Below, one piece after another: positions 32,946 to 42,579 of a stretch of 61,285 nt of DNA. The stretch is from Myxococcota bacterium. GTDB lineage: Bacteria; Myxococcota_A; Polyangia; Polyangiales; Sandaracinaceae. The stretch lies in NCBI GenBank assembly GCA_036149055.1, contig JAYZQJ010000254.1, forward strand, positions 1 through 61,285, written 5' to 3'. The position numbers were made by a program, and so were the translations under genes. Numbering within the stretch: the first letter of the stretch is position 1; the number at the start of each line of letters is the position of its first letter. The notes under the pieces were generated by a model. That model was not told the origin of the DNA and did not search any database. It saw nothing but the letters and a program-made list of their open reading frames with translations.

Positions 32946-35410
32946 CCCGCTCGCTCACCCTGGCCTCGATTGCACCGGCCGCGACGTGGATGGCGGCGCT
33001 GTGGATGGCCGCCAGCCCGGCCGACGCCCAGTTCGCCGGCCGAGATCCCGCCGACTGCGCCGCGATGAGCAGCGGCGAGGTCGAGGTGATCCCCTACGAG
33101 ATCCAGCGCGGGGACAGCTGCGCGCGGGTGGCCCGCCGCATGTTCGGCGACCGCAGCCGCTACGACCTGATCCACGCCTACAACCCGGGCATGGGCCCGC
33201 CCCCGCACCGGCTGACCGCGGGGACGTATCTCTGCCTGCCTCGCACCGCGCCGCCCCGGGGGAGCGGCCCCGCGGCCCGGATCACCGCCATCCGTCAGCG
33301 GGTGCGCGCCCGGCCGCCCGAGGACGCCGACTGGATCCCGGCGCGCCTGGGGCAGGGCGTCGATCGCGGCTCGCGGGTCAACACGCTCACCGCCGCGTTC
33401 GCCGAGCTGACCTTCCAGGACACCTCGGTCGTCACCCTGCGCGGCGACACCCTCGTGGTCGTCTACGGCGCGACCGAGGGCGCGGTGCGACGCGGCGGCA
33501 CCGAGGCGGTGCTCGAGCGCGGCGCCCTGCGCAGCCGGCTCGGAGAGCTGCGCGGCGCCAACGATCTCGAGGTCCGCACGCCGACCTCGCGGGTGGCGCT
33601 CTCGGGGGGCAGCGCGGTGACCACCGTCGACGACGAGGCCACGACGCGCGTCTCGAACCACAGCGGCGGCGCGGCCCGGGTGGCCGGCGCGGACGGGGCC
33701 GGCGCGGTGCGGGTGGCCCCGGGCATGGGCTCGAAGGTCCGCCGCGGCGCGCGCCCGAGCCGCCCGCGACCCCTGCCGGACGCGCCGGACTGGGCGGGCG
33801 GGCAGCCGGCTCGCTTCGTGGGCGTGGCCCAGCTGACCACCGTCGTCGGTGCCTGGCAGCCGGTCGAGGGCGCCCGCGTCTACCGGGTCGAGATCAGCCG
33901 CCACGCCGACGGCCGCGAGCTGGTCGCGCAGGTCGAGGTGCCGAGCGACGTGACCCGCTTCGAGCTGCACCGCCTGCCGCCGGGCACCTACCACGCGCGC
34001 CTCTCGACCATCGACGGCGACTTCTTCGAGAGCCGCCCGTCCGACGCGTGGTCGTTCGAGGTCGAGCTCGGTCGCCTGCTGCAGCCCGGCCAGGCCCCCG
34101 CGGAGGAGGCGGCGTTCGACTTCGGTGACGCGTCCGAGGAGCCGCAGCCCCTGGTGCTCCTGCCGGGCGCCCGGCTCACGGCGCCCGACGGCGTCCAGTG
34201 CGGGGTCGGAGAGGGAGCGCCGGCCGCCGAGCTCGCCTTCGTCGAGAGCGGGGAGGGCGCGGTGCGCTGCGTCGACGCGAGCGGGGCGCCGATCGGCGGC
34301 TTCGCGGTGAGCGTCGCCGAGGTGACCCTGGGCTCGGCCGAGGGTGACGCGGGCGCGCTCCAGGCCACCCGCGGCCGCGAGGTGGTGCTGCCGCTCCGGG
34401 TGCGGAGCGCCGCCGCGCTGCCCGGCGCGCTCGCGGTCCGGGGCGGCGAAGGGGTCGAGGTGCTCGGCACCGAGCGCGAGGGCGACGTGCTGAGCGTGCG
34501 CGTGCGGGTCTCGGCGGACGCGCCGGACGAGGTGCCGCTCACGCTCGCCGCGTCGGAGGACGGGCCGCCGATCGCCGAGACACGGGTGGTGGTCGGCGAT
34601 CCCGCGCCCCTCGCCACGCCCGAGGCCCCTCCGCCGCCCGCCGTCGCCCCCGAGGCGCCGCCGCGCCCGGTCTGGGCCCAGACCTTCGGGACCACCCTCC
34701 TCCCCAGCGTGGTCGGCCTGCGCGACGCCGGCCGCGGCGGGATCGGCGCCTGGATCGCCGCCGGATGGTTCGCCGCGGACGACGCGCTCGAGCCGGACCG
34801 CTTCCGCGGCAGCGCCGGCGCCCGCGCCGCGCTCCTCGGCCGGCAGCTCCACCTCGAGGCCGCCGCGGCGGTGGACTTCGAGGGCGCGCACGAGCGCACC
34901 GCCCAGCGGGGCAGCGGCGACGTGTGGGGCGCCGCCGGGTATCGCCCCGACCTCGGCGACGACGTCGACGTGCTCTTCGAGGCGGGCGCCTTCTTCCCGA
35001 CGCAGCAGGACGCGAGCGGGCTCGGCGTCGTGCGGCTGATGCCGAGCGTGCACCTCTCTCTCCCCTTCGAGGAGCGCTGGCTCTTCCGCACCCGGCAGGG
35101 CGCCGCCGTCGATCTCGACGGCTCCGGCAACGCGCTCTGGGTGTCGGCCTACGGCGTCGACGCGCGGCTGGTCGGCCCGCTGATCGCGGGGGCCGAGCTC
35201 TCTTTCAGCCTCGGCCAGGAGGACGCCGACCTGCTCGTGTTGCCCCTCGCGGGCGCGAGCGTCGGCGTCGCGGCGGGGCCCCTCGTGCTGAGCCTCGGCG
35301 CGCGCTTCGGCCTGACCGAGGAGGCGTGGGAGACGATGGGGCCCTACTCGGTCTTCTTCACCGTGGAGGCCGGCGCCTGGGACCTGGAGCGCATCGGCGC
35401 GTCCCGTTGA
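32942..35410 (+). CDS. Secreted/outer-membrane LysM-FecR protein with C-terminal beta-strand-rich domain
   Basis: Signal peptide; LysM YEIQRGDS...AYNP; FecR AELTFQDTSVVTL...EVRTPTS; FN3-like segment; amphipathic C-terminal strands. Confidence 0.75.
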   Translation: MTRSLTLASIAPAATWMAALWMAASPADAQFAGRDPADCAAMSSGEVEVIPYEIQRGDSCARVARRMFGDRSRYDLIHAYNPGMGPPPHRLTAGTYLCLPRTAPPRGSGPAARITAIRQRVRARPPEDADWIPARLGQGVDRGSRVNTLTAAFAELTFQDTSVVTLRGDTLVVVYGATEGAVRRGGTEAVLERGALRSRLGELRGANDLEVRTPTSRVALSGGSAVTTVDDEATTRVSNHSGGAARVAGADGAGAVRVAPGMGSKVRRGARPSRPRPLPDAPDWAGGQPARFVGVAQLTTVVGAWQPVEGARVYRVEISRHADGRELVAQVEVPSDVTRFELHRLPPGTYHARLSTIDGDFFESRPSDAWSFEVELGRLLQPGQAPAEEAAFDFGDASEEPQPLVLLPGARLTAPDGVQCGVGEGAPAAELAFVESGEGAVRCVDASGAPIGGFAVSVAEVTLGSAEGDAGALQATRGREVVLPLRVRSAAALPGALAVRGGEGVEVLGTEREGDVLSVRVRVSADAPDEVPLTLAASEDGPPIAETRVVVGDPAPLATPEAPPPPAVAPEAPPRPVWAQTFGTTLLPSVVGLRDAGRGGIGAWIAAGWFAADDALEPDRFRGSAGARAALLGRQLHLEAAAAVDFEGAHERTAQRGSGDVWGAAGYRPDLGDDVDVLFEAGAFFPTQQDASGLGVVRLMPSVHLSLPFEERWLFRTRQGAAVDLDGSGNALWVSAYGVDARLVGPLIAGAELSFSLGQEDADLLVLPLAGASVGVAAGPLVLSLGARFGLTEEAWETMGPYSVFFTVEAGAWDLERIGASR

Positions 35411-35426
35411 GGAGGTCGCACCGAGG

Positions 35427-36728
35427 TCAGGCGGTGGCCCTCGCCCGGGCGGCGGCGGGGGCGGCCGCCTCGCCGGGGGCCTCCTCCGCGTGGCCGAAGC
35501 CGCCGAGCTCGCGACCGTAGGCCTCGACGCCGCACTCGGCGAGGTCGAGCCCCTCGACCTCGTGCGCCTCGGACACCCGGACGCCCACCGTCTTCTTCAG
35601 CGCCATCCAGAAGACGTAGCCGGTGCCGAACGCGAAGGCGACGCCCATCGCCGCGCCGATGGCCTGGTCGGCGAGCAGGGTGACGCCGCCGCCGTGGAAG
35701 AGGCCCAGCGTCTCGCCGGAGTTGGCGAAGAGGCCCACCGCGAGCGTGCCGAACACGCCGCAGACGAGGTGTACCGGGATCGCGCCGACGGGGTCGTCGA
35801 GCCGCAGCTTGTCGAGGAGGAACACGCCCTCCACGACCAGCACGCCGCCCAGGAGCCCGACCAGCATCGACTCGAGGGGGCCGATCACGTCGGCGCCGGC
35901 GGTGATCGAGACCAGGCCGGCGAGCGCGCCGTTGAGCGCCATCGACAGGTCGAGCCCGCCGGTGCGGACCCGGGTGTGCACGAGGGCGGCGAGGAAGCCG
36001 GCGGCGGCCGCGAGGTTGGTCACGAGGATGACCGGCGCGATCGCCTCCGGGTCGGCGGCCAGGGTGGAGCCGCCGTTGAAGCCGAACCAGCCGAGCCAGA
36101 GGATCAGCACGCCCAGCGCCGCGAGCGGGAAGCTGTGCGCGGGCATCGGGCGGGGCCGGCCCTCGGCGTCGTAGCGGCCCTTGCGAGCCCCGATGATCAT
36201 CACGCCCGCGAGCGCCATGGCTCCGCCGACCGCGTGCACGACCGTGGAGCCGGCGAAGTCGTGGAAGCCGGTGTTCTCGGCGAGGTAGCCGCCGCCCCAG
36301 ACCCAGTGGCCGACGATGGGGTAGAGCACCGCGCTGGCGATCGAGGTGAAGATCAGGAACGCGGTCAGCGAGACCCGCTCGGCGACCGCGCCGCTGACGA
36401 TGGTGGCCGCGGTGGCCGCGAAGACCAGCTGGAAGAAGAGGAACACGAACAGCGGCATGTTGCCCGGCGCGCCCGCGACCGTGGCGTCTCCGGCCGGCGC
36501 GTAGCCGTTCAGGCCGAGCCAGGGGCTCCCGTCGCCGAACATCAGCCCGAAGCCGACGAAGTAGAAGAGCAGGGACGCCACGGACACCACCGAGACGTTC
36601 TTCAGCAGCACCATCACCACGTTCTTGCGGCGGCAGAAGCCGCTCTCCACCAGGGCGAAGCCCGCGTGCATGAAGAAGACGAGGAAGGCGCTGACGAGCA
36701 CCCAGACGCTGTCGAGCAGGGTTTCCAT
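35427..36728 (-). CDS. amt: Ammonium transporter
   Basis: FAATAATIVSGAVAER, DFAGSTVVH, WFGFNGGS, DDPVGAIPVH. Confidence 0.96.
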   Translation of the reverse strand: METLLDSVWVLVSAFLVFFMHAGFALVESGFCRRKNVVMVLLKNVSVVSVASLLFYFVGFGLMFGDGSPWLGLNGYAPAGDATVAGAPGNMPLFVFLFFQLVFAATAATIVSGAVAERVSLTAFLIFTSIASAVLYPIVGHWVWGGGYLAENTGFHDFAGSTVVHAVGGAMALAGVMIIGARKGRYDAEGRPRPMPAHSFPLAALGVLILWLGWFGFNGGSTLAADPEAIAPVILVTNLAAAAGFLAALVHTRVRTGGLDLSMALNGALAGLVSITAGADVIGPLESMLVGLLGGVLVVEGVFLLDKLRLDDPVGAIPVHLVCGVFGTLAVGLFANSGETLGLFHGGGVTLLADQAIGAAMGVAFAFGTGYVFWMALKKTVGVRVSEAHEVEGLDLAECGVEAYGRELGGFGHAEEAPGEAAAPAAARARATA

Positions 36729-36841
36729 GGCTCGGATTCTTAGGGACCCATTGTTTCCGCCAGATTTCCCAGCTGGAACGAGCGGCGAAAAAAAATGGCG
36801 GCTTGATCCTCGGCCCCGACGCCCCCAAACCACGGGACGAC

Positions 36842-37384
36842 ATGGCCGAAGCAGTAGCCAACCGGACGGGCGGTGACCGCTCCTTCTACCTCTTCAACGC
36901 GGTGCTCTCCGCCGGAGCCCTCGCGTTCCTCTCGTGGCTGTTGCTGCTGAACGAGGGGGGCGGGGTCGACGCCGACCTGTCGTTCCTGCCCGCGGTCAAC
37001 GCCGGGCTGAACAGCACCGCGGCCGCGCTCCTGGTCCTCGGCTGGCTCGCCATCCGGGGCGGCAACCGCAAGGCGCACCAGTACCTGATGGTCTCGGCCT
37101 TCGCCGCCAGCGCCCTCTTCCTGGTCAGCTACGTCATCTACCACTACGCCCACGGCGACACGCGCTACACGGGCGAGGGCGTGATGCGCACGATCTACTT
37201 CGCCGTGCTCATCAGCCACGTGCTCCTGAGCGTGGCCATCGTGCCGATGGCGCTCAGCGCCTTCTACTTCGCCTGGAAGAAGCGCTTCGCCACCCACAAG
37301 AAGGTGACCCGGATCCTGACCCCGATCTGGCTCTACGTCTCGGTCACCGGGGTGGTCATCTACTTCATGCTCCGCGGCGCCTGA
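36842..37384 (+). CDS. DUF420 membrane protein
   Basis: PAVNAGLN, HQYLM, FLVSYVIYH, LISHV, PIWLYVSVTGVVIY. Confidence 0.9.
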   Translation: MAEAVANRTGGDRSFYLFNAVLSAGALAFLSWLLLLNEGGGVDADLSFLPAVNAGLNSTAAALLVLGWLAIRGGNRKAHQYLMVSAFAASALFLVSYVIYHYAHGDTRYTGEGVMRTIYFAVLISHVLLSVAIVPMALSAFYFAWKKRFATHKKVTRILTPIWLYVSVTGVVIYFMLRGA

Positions 37385-37473
37385 CCCCAAGCCTCGGCCC
37401 CCCGGGGGCGTCAGACCGGAGATCGCGCGAGAAACCCTTGCGCCGAGAGCCCGGACACACGAGGTTGGATCGC

Positions 37474-38640
37474 ATGAGCCCCCGTTCGCCCTTCGCCCTG
37501 CTGGCCCTGCTCCTCGCCGTGTGGAGCGTGCCTCCAGAGGCGGCGGCGCAGGACCTCTCCAGCTCGGTCACCCGCCGGGCGGTGCGCGCGGCGGTCAAGA
37601 TCACCAGCGAGGGGCCCAACGGACAGGGGGCCACCGGCTCGGGCAGCATCATCGACCCGCGCGGGTACGTCCTGACCAACTTCCACGTGGTCGGCCACAC
37701 CCACCCCGGGGACGGAGCGCCCGGCAGCCTGTTCAACACGGCCAACGAGGTGCGCATCGCGATGGTGACCAACGCCCGCGAGACCGCCCAGGAGCGCTAC
37801 CTCGGCCGGGTCGTCCGGGCCGACATCCGCCTCGACCTCGCGTTGGTCCGCATCGTCAGCGACAACCAGGGCAACGCGCTGCCCCGGAGCCGCCGCTTCC
37901 CGACGGTCCCGCTCGCCGACACCCGTCGCCTCCGGCCGGGCAGCCGCCTGTTCGCGTTCGGCTTCCCGCTCGGCGTCCGGACCATCAACGTGACGAGCGG
38001 CGAGATGAGCGGCTTCCAGATGAACAGCCGCGACGAGGTCGCCTGGATCCGGACCGACGCCGAGTTCAACCCCGGCAACAGCGGCGGCATGCTGCTCGAC
38101 CGCCAGGGGCGCCTGGTCGCCGTCCCGACCGCGGTGCTCTCGGGGCGCGGCACGCTGGAGCCGATCGAGCTGGCCCGCCCGGTCGAGCGCATCCCGGACG
38201 AGTGGCTCTCCTCCATCCGCCGCGGGCACATCGACGACGTGCTCATCAGCGGCGTGCCGAGCCTGCCCCTCGGCCAGCAGTACGAGGACGAGGCGGTCGG
38301 GGACGGCGGCGCCTTCGACCGGCCCGAGATGCACTACTACGAGCTGCCGGCCGAGCGCCCGCTCCGGGTGGAGGTCTCCTCCGGCCTGTCGGTCGGCCTG
38401 CTGACCAACCGCGGGCGCGTCCTGCGCGAGGGCCGCGGGAGCCTCGAGGTGCTGCCGACCGATCCGCAGGATCTCACGCTCGGCATCCTCATCCCGCCGC
38501 GCGCGGCCACCGGCGGCGGCGCCCTGGCGATCCGCATCACCGCCCGTCGCGGCCGGAGCGGCCCGCCCGGCTGGGGCCTCCCCGCGCCCGGCGCGCCCAT
38601 CCGCCCGACCGGCGGCCCGCCCGCCGCGCCGCGACCCTGA
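37474..38640 (+). CDS. Trypsin-like (HtrA-type, PDZ-less) serine protease
   Basis: Signal peptide; LTNFHVV, DLAL, FNPGNSGG catalytic triad. Confidence 0.9.
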   Translation: MSPRSPFALLALLLAVWSVPPEAAAQDLSSSVTRRAVRAAVKITSEGPNGQGATGSGSIIDPRGYVLTNFHVVGHTHPGDGAPGSLFNTANEVRIAMVTNARETAQERYLGRVVRADIRLDLALVRIVSDNQGNALPRSRRFPTVPLADTRRLRPGSRLFAFGFPLGVRTINVTSGEMSGFQMNSRDEVAWIRTDAEFNPGNSGGMLLDRQGRLVAVPTAVLSGRGTLEPIELARPVERIPDEWLSSIRRGHIDDVLISGVPSLPLGQQYEDEAVGDGGAFDRPEMHYYELPAERPLRVEVSSGLSVGLLTNRGRVLREGRGSLEVLPTDPQDLTLGILIPPRAATGGGALAIRITARRGRSGPPGWGLPAPGAPIRPTGGPPAAPRP

Positions 38641-38691
38641 GGCTTCTCCAGTCTCTTGCGCCCGAGGGGCCTCGCGCCCATTCTCCCGCCG

Positions 38692-39585
38692 ATGGGGTAC
38701 CCGGAGATTGCCTACGGCACGCCGCGCAAGCTGCCGAAGGCGAAGGAGCTGTCGGGCCGGGTCGTCGTGCTCGACATCGCCTTCGCCGCGGAGACCGGAG
38801 GCGCGAGCTTCGAGAAGGTCACCGGCAAGTTCATCGACGGCCTGGGTGACCGGCTGGCGATGTGGATCGATCACCACGACCACGCCCGCCACGTCGAGTA
38901 CGCGGACGACCCGCGGTTCGTGCTGTCGACCAAGGCGGAGCACCCCGCCTGCCCCGAGATGGTCACCGAGGAGCGGGTGCGCGCCGCCGGCCGCGTCGAC
39001 ACCATCTGCTGCCACATCGACTTCGACGGGCTCTGCGCCGCCGCCAAGTGGATCAAGGGCGGGATCGAGCCCTACGAGGGCGCCGACGCCGACGCGCGCG
39101 CCATCGACACGCGCATGGGCGAGCCGAGCCCCCGCGCGGCCACCATCGACCGGGCGCTCCGCGGCAAGCCGCGCGACGACGGGCTGAAGGGCCTGGTGAT
39201 CCGCTACCTGGTCAGCGGCGACGCCGCGCTCTGGGAGCCCATCGCCGACGCCGCCAAGGTGTTCGAGATCTCCGAGCGCGAGGCGCGCCGGCTCGCCGGC
39301 GGCTACGAGGTGGTCGGCGACGTCGCGGTGGTCGACGCGTCGGAGCACCGCGGGCCCTACGACAAGACGCTGCTGCTCCTGATCGGCCAGGAGCGCGCGC
39401 GCATCGCGGTCGTGCACGATCGCTCGACCGTCACCGCGGCGGCGCGCTTCGACAGCGGGGTGAACCTGCTGGAGCTGTTCGGGCTCGAGGGCGGCATGCC
39501 CACCCGGGTGAGCGTGCCGAAGAAGCGGCTGCCGAAGGTGCTCGAGGCGCTCGGCGTCGACCCGCGGGCGCTCTCGGGGGGCTGA
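38692..39585 (+). CDS. DHH-family phosphoesterase-like protein with permuted motif order
   Basis: VVVLDIAF, WIDHHDH, then CHIDFDG; C-terminal GG motif (LEGGM). Confidence 0.65.
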   Translation: MGYPEIAYGTPRKLPKAKELSGRVVVLDIAFAAETGGASFEKVTGKFIDGLGDRLAMWIDHHDHARHVEYADDPRFVLSTKAEHPACPEMVTEERVRAAGRVDTICCHIDFDGLCAAAKWIKGGIEPYEGADADARAIDTRMGEPSPRAATIDRALRGKPRDDGLKGLVIRYLVSGDAALWEPIADAAKVFEISEREARRLAGGYEVVGDVAVVDASEHRGPYDKTLLLLIGQERARIAVVHDRSTVTAAARFDSGVNLLELFGLEGGMPTRVSVPKKRLPKVLEALGVDPRALSGG

Positions 39586-39592
39586 CCGGCGG

Positions 39593-41287
39593 GTGCGCGC
39601 GTACGTCGGCCTCGCCTCCACCGTGCACGACCCCGCGCTGGCCATCGTGGGGGCCGACGGCGAGGTCCGCTTCGCCGAGGCGACCGAGCGGAGCCTCCAG
39701 TACAAGCGCGCCTGGCACTGCCCGCCGGACGAGCCGATGCGCGTCGGGCGCCTGCTGCGCGAGCACGTGAGGCCGGGCGAGGCGCTGGTCGTGGCCCACA
39801 GCTGGGAGCGGCGCCGGCTGCGATCGCCCCTGTTCCGCGCGGGCTTCGCCGCCGTCGAGGCGCGGGTCTCGCCGCTCCTCCGCCCGACGATGCTCGGGCA
39901 GATGAACAGCTTCGACCTCGCCGGGAAGAACCTCGCGCTCCGGCTCTTCGAGCGCGATCCGGCGCACGCCCCGATCGACTGGCGCTGGTTCGACCACCAC
40001 ACGACCCACGCGGCGACCGCCTGCTTCGGGAGCGGCTGGGGCGAGGCGACCTGCGCGATCGTCGACGCGAACGGCGAGCGCTCGAGCATGTCGTTCTTCG
40101 ACTTCGAGGGCGGCGCCCTCCGGCCGCTCGGGCCGAAGGCGCGGCGCTCGTTCGCGCGCCAGGGCAGCCTCGGCGCCTTCTACGCCGCGCTCTGCGTCGC
40201 CTGCGGCTTCGACCCGCTCAAGGGCGAGGAGTGGAAGGTCATGGGGCTCGCGCCCTACGGCTCGCTGGACCCGGCGCTGCACCGCACCCTGAGGGCGATG
40301 CTGCGGGTCGACGGGCTGCAGGTGCGGGGGAACAACTGGAAGAACGTGGCCGCGCTCCACGCGCTGCGCCGGCCGGAGGGCGCGCCGGCGCTGGACTGGG
40401 CCGACGTCGCCCACACCGGCCAGCGCGTGTTCGGCGAGGTGATGAGCGAGCTGCTGACCCAGCTGCACCGCGAGGCGCCGCGAGACCGGCTCGTCCTGAG
40501 CGGGGGCTGCGCGCTCAACTCCGCCTTCAACGGCCAGATCGTCGAGCGCACGCCCTTCCGCGAGGTCTTCGTGCCGAGCGCGCCCGCCGACGACGGCAAC
40601 GCGGTCGGCGCCGCCTGGCTCGCCCTCGCGGCCGACGGAGGCGCGCCCCCTCGCCGCCGCCTCTCGCCGTACCTCGGCAGCGCGCTCGACCCCGAGGCCA
40701 TCGCCCGGGTGGAGGCGCTCGGCGGGCTCCGGGCGCGCGCGACGGACGACGTGGACGACGCGGCGGCGGCGCTCCTCGCGGCGGGAAAGATCGTCGCGGT
40801 GGCCCGGGGCCGCGCGGAGTACGGGCCCCGCGCCCTCGGCAACCGCAGCATCCTCGCCGACCCGCGCGACCCCGACGTCAAGGAGCGCCTCAACGCGCGG
40901 GTGAAGTTCCGGGAGGAGTTCCGCCCCTTCGCCCCGTCCATCCTCGACGCGCACGGCGACGCCTGGTTCGAGGGCTACGCCTTCAGCCCCCACATGGAGC
41001 GCGCCCTCCGCTTCCGCCCCGAGGTGCGCGACCGGGTCCCGGGCGTCGTGCACGTCGACGGCACCGGGCGGCTCCAGAGCGTGCGCGCCGAGGACAACCC
41101 CGCCTACGCGCGGCTCCTCGAGCGCTTCTTCGCCCGCACCGGCGTGCCCCTCGTGCTCAACACCTCGTTCAACGTGATGGGCAAGCCGATCGTGCACGCG
41201 GTGGAGGACGCGATCGCGGTGTTCTTCACCTCGGGCATCGACGCGCTGCTCCTCGAGGACCAGCTCTTCGTCAAAGGCGATGGCTGA
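39593..41287 (+). CDS. O-carbamoyltransferase (NodU/CmcH/TobZ family)
   Basis: HDPA, HHTTHAA, EWKVMGLAPYG, GPRALGNRSILADPR, FRPFAPS, HVDGTGRLQ, LNTSFN. Confidence 0.93.
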   Translation: MRAYVGLASTVHDPALAIVGADGEVRFAEATERSLQYKRAWHCPPDEPMRVGRLLREHVRPGEALVVAHSWERRRLRSPLFRAGFAAVEARVSPLLRPTMLGQMNSFDLAGKNLALRLFERDPAHAPIDWRWFDHHTTHAATACFGSGWGEATCAIVDANGERSSMSFFDFEGGALRPLGPKARRSFARQGSLGAFYAALCVACGFDPLKGEEWKVMGLAPYGSLDPALHRTLRAMLRVDGLQVRGNNWKNVAALHALRRPEGAPALDWADVAHTGQRVFGEVMSELLTQLHREAPRDRLVLSGGCALNSAFNGQIVERTPFREVFVPSAPADDGNAVGAAWLALAADGGAPPRRRLSPYLGSALDPEAIARVEALGGLRARATDDVDDAAAALLAAGKIVAVARGRAEYGPRALGNRSILADPRDPDVKERLNARVKFREEFRPFAPSILDAHGDAWFEGYAFSPHMERALRFRPEVRDRVPGVVHVDGTGRLQSVRAEDNPAYARLLERFFARTGVPLVLNTSFNVMGKPIVHAVEDAIAVFFTSGIDALLLEDQLFVKGDG

Positions 41288-42548
41288 GCTCGACGTCGCC
41301 GCCGCGGTCGCGTGCGCCCGGGCGCGGAACCCCGAGCTGAGCGCGATCTGCACGCCGCGCTACGAGGCCGCGCTCGCCGCGCCCGCCGGACGCGGACCGC
41401 TCGCCGGCGTGCCCTACACGCTCAAGGACACCTGGGACGTGGCCGGCTTGCCCACGAGCCTCGGGCACGCGCCCTGGGCCGCGCGGACGCCGGCGGAGAG
41501 CGGGCCCGTGCACCGCGCGTTCGAGGCGGCGGGCGCGGTCCTGGTCGGTAAGACCAACATGGGCGACCTCGGCATCACGCCGGAGAGCCAGAGCTACGTC
41601 GGCGGCGTCACCCGCAACCCGCTCGATCCGAGCCGCACCGCCGGCGGCTCCTCGGGCGGGGCCGCGGCGGCGGTGGCGGCGGGCATGGCCGCCTTCGACT
41701 GGGGCACCGACTACGGCGGCAGCGTGCGCCTGCCCGCCGCGTGGTGCGGCGTCGTCGGCCTCCGCCTCAGCCGGAGCGCCTGGCCGGTCCCCCGGGAGGG
41801 CTGGCTGCCGCCGCTCCGCCGCGTCGCGTGGCTCTCGGCGATGGGGCCCATCGCGCGCGACCTCGAGACCTGCCGCCGCGTGCTCGACGCGGCCGCCCCG
41901 CTGCGGGCCTCGTCGCCGCCGCAGCCCCCCCTGCGCGGCGCGCTCGTGATCGCGCCCGACCGCTTCTCGGCCGGCGCGTGGCCCGACTTCGACGCCGAGG
42001 CCCGCGCGGCGCTCGACGCGGTCGGCGTCCCCAGCTGGCCGGCGCCCCTGCCCTCGCCGCGCGCCATGGACCGGACCTTCGTGGCCCTCATCGCCAGCCA
42101 CGCGGTCGAGCTCCTCCGGGGGCGGGGCCCTCGGCTCGGCCCGGTCCTGAGCGCGCTCACCGTCGGCCGCCTCGTCGGCGATCGGCGCCTGCATCCCCAG
42201 GCCGCCCGGGTGGTGGCCGAGCTCGCGGCGCTGCGCCTCCTCCGGCACCGGGATCGGGAGGGCGCGATGCGCGACGCCCTCGCCCTGAAGGCGCGGGTCG
42301 AGGCGCTCTGGGCCGCGGGCTTCGTGCTCGTCAGCCCCACCACCGGCCACCCCGCGCCCCGGCACGGCGAGGCGCTCGGCCTGCGGGGCATGGCGAGCTT
42401 CGTGAAGCTCGGGAACGTCGCCGACGCCACCGCGCTCACCGCCCCGTTCGGCCGCTTCCCGGGCGGGCTCCCGCGTGGCCTGCAGTGGCTGGGGCCGCCG
42501 GGGAGCGAGCGTCGTTTGCTGGAGCTGGCGGCCCGGGTGCGCGCTTGA
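41280..42548 (+). CDS. Amidase-signature family protein
   Basis: GPLAGVPYTLKD, GGSSGG, GTDYGGSVRLPA (Lys-Ser-Ser triad). Confidence 0.88.
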   Translation: MAELDVAAAVACARARNPELSAICTPRYEAALAAPAGRGPLAGVPYTLKDTWDVAGLPTSLGHAPWAARTPAESGPVHRAFEAAGAVLVGKTNMGDLGITPESQSYVGGVTRNPLDPSRTAGGSSGGAAAAVAAGMAAFDWGTDYGGSVRLPAAWCGVVGLRLSRSAWPVPREGWLPPLRRVAWLSAMGPIARDLETCRRVLDAAAPLRASSPPQPPLRGALVIAPDRFSAGAWPDFDAEARAALDAVGVPSWPAPLPSPRAMDRTFVALIASHAVELLRGRGPRLGPVLSALTVGRLVGDRRLHPQAARVVAELAALRLLRHRDREGAMRDALALKARVEALWAAGFVLVSPTTGHPAPRHGEALGLRGMASFVKLGNVADATALTAPFGRFPGGLPRGLQWLGPPGSERRLLELAARVRA

Positions 42549-42579
42549 AAGGTCCGGGGTCGGCCACTAACCTCCGTCG

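Noticed and set aside
36729..36841. Sigma54/NtrC site upstream of amt
   Set aside because: AT-rich divergent promoter region, but no convincing -24/-12 match
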